Positions 58,026 through 64,000 of a stretch of DNA of 64,000 bases are shown here, piece after piece. The translations under genes were made by a program, and so were the position numbers. Position 1 is the stretch's first letter, and each line of letters begins with the position of its first letter. The notes beneath the pieces are model-generated. The model did not search any database. It was not told the origin of the DNA and saw nothing but the letters and a program-made list of their open reading frames with translations. The stretch comes from Eledone cirrhosa. Lineage: Eukaryota. The DNA lies in assembly GCA_964016885.1 (NCBI GenBank), contig OZ024745.1, positions 35,898,001 through 35,962,000 on the forward strand, written 5' to 3'.

Positions 58026-59184
58026 CTATAGACTATTGAGAGTTGAGATGCTAATATAGATTGTTAATATCAAGTAGCTGACATCTAAAGGCTTCAGTAG
58101 CAATCACTGTTTTATTTGCTTTTAACTCTGAAAACATTTCTATTTCATCTTATTTGAGGAGCAAATATTATGACGATAGTTACTCCTGTATGTCGATTTT
58201 ATCTTATTTGAGGAGCAACTATCATGACGATAGTTACTCTTCTATGTCAATTTTATTGTATGTTATGAACCTTTATGTATTTTCAATCCTCCCCTTTTTC
58301 AAGACTGTGTATTCTGTCAAAGTCAGAAAATCGCTTTTCTGGAAAGATTACATTTCAGAGAAGATTTAAAACATAAGAGCTATATATTTAGTATTTTTCT
58401 CCGTTGCAAATTTGCTTGACCTGGCACGAGATTCACCCAAGACGGAAAAAAATCTAGTAGAGAATGGTATCGAAAGTCAATTTTTTATTCTCATTCTTTA
58501 TTCGCTATCTCCACAAAAGATTCTTGTATATCTAAATATTTGGCAGCTCTGTCGTTTCAAATACTAAACATTGGGGTCCCTCATATATTATGGAGAATTA
58601 CTAATTAACCGATTATTACTAATTAACCGATTTAATTCTTAAGGATGCGTAAGACATAAATATTTTAGTTTAGGTAAGTAACTTAAATAGGATTAGCTTA
58701 TCGGGATTTTAGAATGATAGAATTATGGAAATTAGATTTGTTCATTACCTCAAAGGTGTGAAAGTGAAAGACATGTTTCTGTGGTATTAAACCTCCAAGC
58801 GATGTTTTTCATTAATTTCAAATAGATATAAATAAAGTGTATTCAGAAGGCTGAAGAATTATATATCGAGTGTGATCTGTATTCTAGATGAAAGTATGAC
58901 AGCGTTTCGCATATATATTCTAAAGAGATGAAACATTTGTCATCCGATATTACACAATGAATAATTAACAATCTCTCTCTGCTTGTCTTCACAACCTAGA
59001 GAGAACATAACACTATATGCTCCTATTAACCTTTGTTCATTGTATTAGCGTTATTGTAGATTGTATTGGTGTGTTTTGAACCTCCAGTGTGAATTTAACA
59101 TGTTTAAGTATTCCAGAGACAGATGCGCCTTTAACGGGAATCTTAAAGAAATAAATTCGGCGTGACAAGGTTTCACAAGGCTCG

Positions 59185-59345
59185 CGCTTTTAATTACAGG
59201 TACAATTCCTTTCCTCCAACCTAATGAACTGGAGCAGTGTCATATGGAGTATCTTGCTCAATGATGGAACTTGCTGTTGGGAATCGAGCTCACGACATTA
59301 TGATCCTGAGCCGATTACATTCATTGCTATGTCAAGCGCCTTCAT
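59185..59345 (-). mobile_element. Decayed SINE family B
   Basis: CTGGAGCA..AGTATCTTGCTCAA..GGAATCGAGCTCAC is the reverse of the 13758 copy's motifs. Confidence 0.5.
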
Positions 59346-61491
59346 AGATCCAATCTGCTAATTACCTGAATGATTACAGTCGCACGAACGATGTCCGATT
59401 ATTTTATTCTGTATCTGAGAATCTACTGTGTTTGATTGTAGAGTGACCCACTGAAATTTGAACTCCAGGAACATAATAAACATAAAAAACACAATGAAAT
59501 GGGCCAAATCTTAACAAACATTCATTAGCTAACAAATAGTAAAACCTAATAAATGATGATCATTGGGTCATGCTGTAAGACACCGAGAGGGATTATAGCA
59601 AGGCAAGCCTTATTGGAACACAGACGCGTAAAGAAGGTCGTTTGATCGACAATCATCTTCGGCAAGAGAAATATAAGATGGCAGGTTTGAGATGGAATCA
59701 ATTGAAAAGAAAAGAGAACTCCGAATGCATTGGATGACCGCGAGAAATGGAACAGTCCATGGTAGTGGTGATAATATAGATAATTATTGGGCGAATCGTT
59801 AACGTGTAAAAAATACTTGAGGTTTTCACGTATGACATTTTACATACTCAGTTGAAATCCCACTGAAGTGAGTTTTGCATTAAATCAATGTTAAACATCA
59901 GGATCATTAATATATATCTAACATTACATCATATGTCACTTGGCATTGTTAATTATGTTTTTTATTTTATATTTTACACTCCGTGAGAAATGTCGGCAGT
60001 GATTTCGATCTTTCATCAGAGAGATCACTGGTTCGCATATCTGATAGTGAGTCTATCAATGGCGTGTACACGTAAAGGAATTGAATTAACTGTTACTTAA
60101 TTCATGGGGTCAGTTGGATGTTAGTTAAAACTATTAACGGATATTTGTAGCGGAAGATACTTTATTACACCACTGAAGTATCTAAACTGTTTCAAACGCA
60201 AGCCTGTTTTTTTTTTAAATCAAACTAACATTACAATGGCTTATAATATATAGCTGAATAGATTTGTCATAATTTCTAATGTATTTACCTTTCAAACATA
60301 AATAATTAAGAAATGAACCAAAGAGATTCTAATAACAGAGTAATAAACAACAGAGATTCGCTAATTGTCTCAAAATAATTATATACTATGTGTGAATGCT
60401 TTCTTGGTTTCTATCTTCGGTGACACAATGTTTTGAAGTTTATTCAATACGTATCATGACCTAAAAATAGCAGTTTAAGATGCAAGGGTTTAAATCAATT
60501 GTTGCAATTGATAACGAGTCATTTTTTATGTTTTCTTTCCAAGCTTAAACACACATAATTTGCATAGTTGTATGCTATAAGAATTTTTCATTCGAGGAGG
60601 TCCCAAAACAAATTGCTATCATCTAACGCTTTCTATAAAATAATCAATATTTTTACAGCCATTTAATGCAATAATTCATTCTCTGATGATAAATTATTCA
60701 ATCAATTGCCATTTAATAACAGAAAAAGGAAACGTGTTTAATTTCGATTTCTTAAAGAGACAGACCTGAAGCGTGTAAATATCGGCTATATCATATTATC
60801 TGAGAGACTGAGGGCAATTTTCCTCTTTATATTATAGCTTACTCACATTCGATTTACAACACCTTTGTGTAATGACTGGAAGGAGGCGTGTCTGCTCTGA
60901 TTCATTGACGTAATAGAGTCAGTTTGGTTTAGATCGCAACCCACACCCCAACTACCTGCGCTAATAGTATCGATAGTTGCTTTTAGAAACTAATAAATGT
61001 GACTGAAAGTTTGACAAGTGCAGGCAGACATATATAAATTCTATTTGGCATTTTGAAATATTTTGAAATAAATTATTATATCTATTGATATTTCTGAGGG
61101 GAAGTGTTTCTGTTAGAGGAAGAATATACAACCTACGTTAATATATGTCTCTCTTGTTAGGAAACTCGCTTTACAACCATGTGAATCCATGTTTGCTCCC
61201 ATCACAATTAAGAGGAGTGATGTATGCCATAGCCTCGATTTAACCAATACATTGTGAGTGAGAATATGTAGATGAAAACTTTTCGGAAGCCGGTAATAGA
61301 AGATATATGAAGTAACAAAACTATCGTAAAGTATTCAATGTTAGACTCATGATTCATAGTGGGTGAAATCACAAATAGTTACGAGGAAAACAAAATGGAA
61401 AATCTTTAAAATGTTTTAAATGGAGTAGAAACAATTAAGCACATTGTTTCTCTAGTTGCGCAATTGAAGTAAACTTTGAATTGATCTAGAG

Positions 61492-63732
61492 CATGGGTCA
61501 CCAAGCTACGGCCCGCGGGTCGAATCAGGCCCGCGACGTTAGTTCATCAGGCCCGCCGACGGTACTTGCATTTGCGTGATAAAATGGATGGAACACTAGA
61601 TGTTTCTAATTCAATGTCTTTTTCATTTTCAGATCCCGTTTTCTTCACCCTTTATTATGGCTACTAATAAAAGAAAGGTGGACGCCGAGTGTCGCGTTTT
61701 CAATGAAGAATGGGGAGTAAAGTACTTCTTTGTGGAAACAAAGGACCAGAAAGCTAGTTGCGTGGTATGCAGCGAAAGTGTTGGCGTTTTGAAAGAGTAC
61801 AATCTTCGGCGTCACTATGAAACAAAACATCTATCAACATATTCAAAGTTTTCTGGAAAGTTACGCTCTGAGAAATATGAGTCCATGAAACCTGGTTTAG
61901 AAACTCAAAGAAATCTCTTCACGAGAAAGTTTGCTGAAAAAGAATCTGTCACTCGTACAAGTTACAAAATAGTGCATAAGTTGGCAGAGCGAGGAAAACC
62001 GTTTACTGATGGCAACTTCATCAAAGAGTGTATGATGGAAGCAGCAAATGACTTGTGTCCTGAGAAAGCTGATTTGTTTGGAAGTATGAGCCTTTGGGCA
62101 AGTTCAGTTGTACGGAGAACAGAAGAACTTGGAGAGAACATAGTGCTACAGATACGCGAGAAAGCTAGGAACTTGTGGTATTCTCTGGCGCTGGATGAGT
62201 CTACTGATCTCTCGAGTACGTCACAACTTCTCGTGTTCATTCGTGGTGTCAATTTGGACTTTCAGATAACGGAAGAGTTGGCATCCGTTTGCTGCATGCA
62301 TGGAACAACAACTGGAAAAGGAATGTTCATGGAAGTGCAGAAAACATTACCAGACTATAACCTTCAGTGGAATCAGCTTCGAGGTGTTACAGTTCATAGA
62401 GGAAAAAACATGGCTGGAGTGAGGAAGGATTTGGTCGGGCAGATCAGGACTCAGTTGGAAGATTTCCAAATTCCAGGCGGTGTGTTCCTACACTTCATCA
62501 TACATCAGCAAGCACTCTGTGGGAAAGACTTGGATATTTCTTGTGTACTGAAACCAGTCATTTCTGCTGTGAACTTCATTCGGGGACATGCACTCAATCA
62601 CCGTCAGTTCCAGGCTTTTCTTGAAGTAATTGATTCTCATTTCTGTGACTTGCCTTATTACACAACAGTGAGGTGGCTCAGCTGCGGTAAAGTCCTGTTT
62701 CGTTTTTACAAGCTCCGAAACGAAACAGATGTTTTTCTCACTGAAAAAGATAGAGCTAATCCACAGCTGTCAGATCCTACCTGACTGTCAAAGTTGTCAT
62801 TTTTGGTCGACATCACATCCCACATGAATGAAATGAACTTGAATCTTCAGAGAAAGGATAACCTCGTATGTGATCTCTACAGAATCATCAAAGGATTTCT
62901 GAGAAAGCTGTCATTGTTTGACGCACAACTGGAAGGAGAAAACTTCTGTCATTTTCACTGTTTCAAAGAGTTTTGCGCTACAATTGCTGAAGATGTCAAC
63001 CTCGATTTTCCTAAACAGATTATTCGTGACTTGAAGAAGCATTTTTTGGAGAGATTTTCAGATCTCGACAGAATTGAGAGTGACATTCTTCTGTCCAGAA
63101 TCCGTTTGATTGTAACCTTGATGATATGCCAGTTGAACTACAGTTGGAGCTCATTGATTTGCAAGCAAATAAGTTGTTGAAAGAGAAGCACAGAGAAGCG
63201 AAACTTGTTGAATTGTACCGCGTCTTACCTGATGTTGAGTTTCTGAAATTGAAGAAATTTGCCGCTGGTATGGCATCATTGTCTGTGAGCAAACATTTTC
63301 AAAAATGAAGTATGTGAAGTCAACACGTCGAACGAGATTGACTGATGAACATTTGAAAGCAATTCTCTTGATTGGATGCAACAATTCCAAACCAAACATT
63401 GATGATATCTTGAAAGCCAAGCGCCAGTTTCACAAATCTCACTAACCTTTTTTGCTACTTAGTTTGTAAGATTCGGATATGTGCACACTAGTTCTGATGT
63501 AACTATATTTTTGCTAACATGGCCTTCTTTGATAACTTTTTAGTAAATAAATATGTTGGTGGTCTTTGTTTTTTGTGCATTGCACGCCACTCACCCATGG
63601 AATGCTAAACGTAGTGTTTCGTCTTTTTTCCTAGAACTTTCGTTCTGGCTTGCAACTATTGAACAGAATGATTATGCGCTCGTCATTCTTTCAGTTATCC
63701 GGCCCACTGTGAAAAAGATTTGGTGACCCCTG
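61492..63732 (+). mobile_element. Full-length hAT (Charlie/SPIN-like) DNA transposon, 2241 bp
   Basis: Perfect 8-bp TSD ATCTAGAG (61484-61491 and 63733-63740); TIRs CATGGGTCACCAA / TTGGTGACCCCTG. Confidence 0.95.
61657..63445 (+). pseudogene. Inactivated hAT transposase (GTF2IRD2/EPM2AIP1-like family)
   Basis: BED-like CVVC..RRHYETKH, ALDESTD, VRWLS and CEQTFS motifs. Lesions: TGA at 62782, frameshift near 63095, deletion near 63280, and altered TTDG and HCIIH motifs. Confidence 0.92.
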
Positions 63733-64000
63733 ATCTAGAGACATAGGACAATTATAATTACATGCTGTTATTTATGTCAGCGTTATCAAATCCCAGCAGG
63801 AGAGGTAATATAGTTATACGCCTAAAATCGTCTAAAAGAATAACAAAACAATCATACGATGGGATATATCAGCCATTTTGCCAGTGAGATTGTTCTCAAA
63901 TTTGACAAGGAAACAAAATGCTTCCTTCTAAAATTATTGGGGGCAACTTATGATAATGTGATGGGCGAATTAGAGGATAGAAACAGAAACGATAATAATA

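Noticed and set aside
62782-62784. In-frame TGA as selenocysteine or readthrough
   Set aside because: It falls at a position typically Trp in this family, and the frame has further lesions. The intact Naiad ORF has no in-frame TGA either, so there is no selenoprotein evidence.

Overview
AT-rich, microsatellite-laden eukaryotic DNA with no confidently identifiable host gene. The repeat repertoire suggests an octopus or other cephalopod (inference). The dominant signal is Penelope-like retroelement (PLE, Naiad-type) activity at (TA)n tracts. One Naiad has an uninterrupted ~737-aa RT + GIY-YIG frame split into two oppositely oriented pieces (21029-22632 minus, 23685-24323 plus; the second piece is missing from the ORF track), and there are three decayed Naiads. 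Several distinct short non-coding families sit in (TA)n, show partial-tandem and/or inverted-end architecture, and carry type I hammerhead ribozymes (HHRs), i.e. they are retrozyme-like. Two families use a U3:A8 core variant. One family carries an internal tRNA-like cloverleaf and no recognisable HHR. Also present: tRNA-derived SINEs, an RTE LINE with 5' inversion and 32-bp TSD, two R4/Dong-like fragments in (CATA)n, a Tx1/L1 fragment, a full-length dead hAT (Charlie-like) transposon, and two MITEs. All alignments and folds were done by eye, so boundaries may be off by a few bases.
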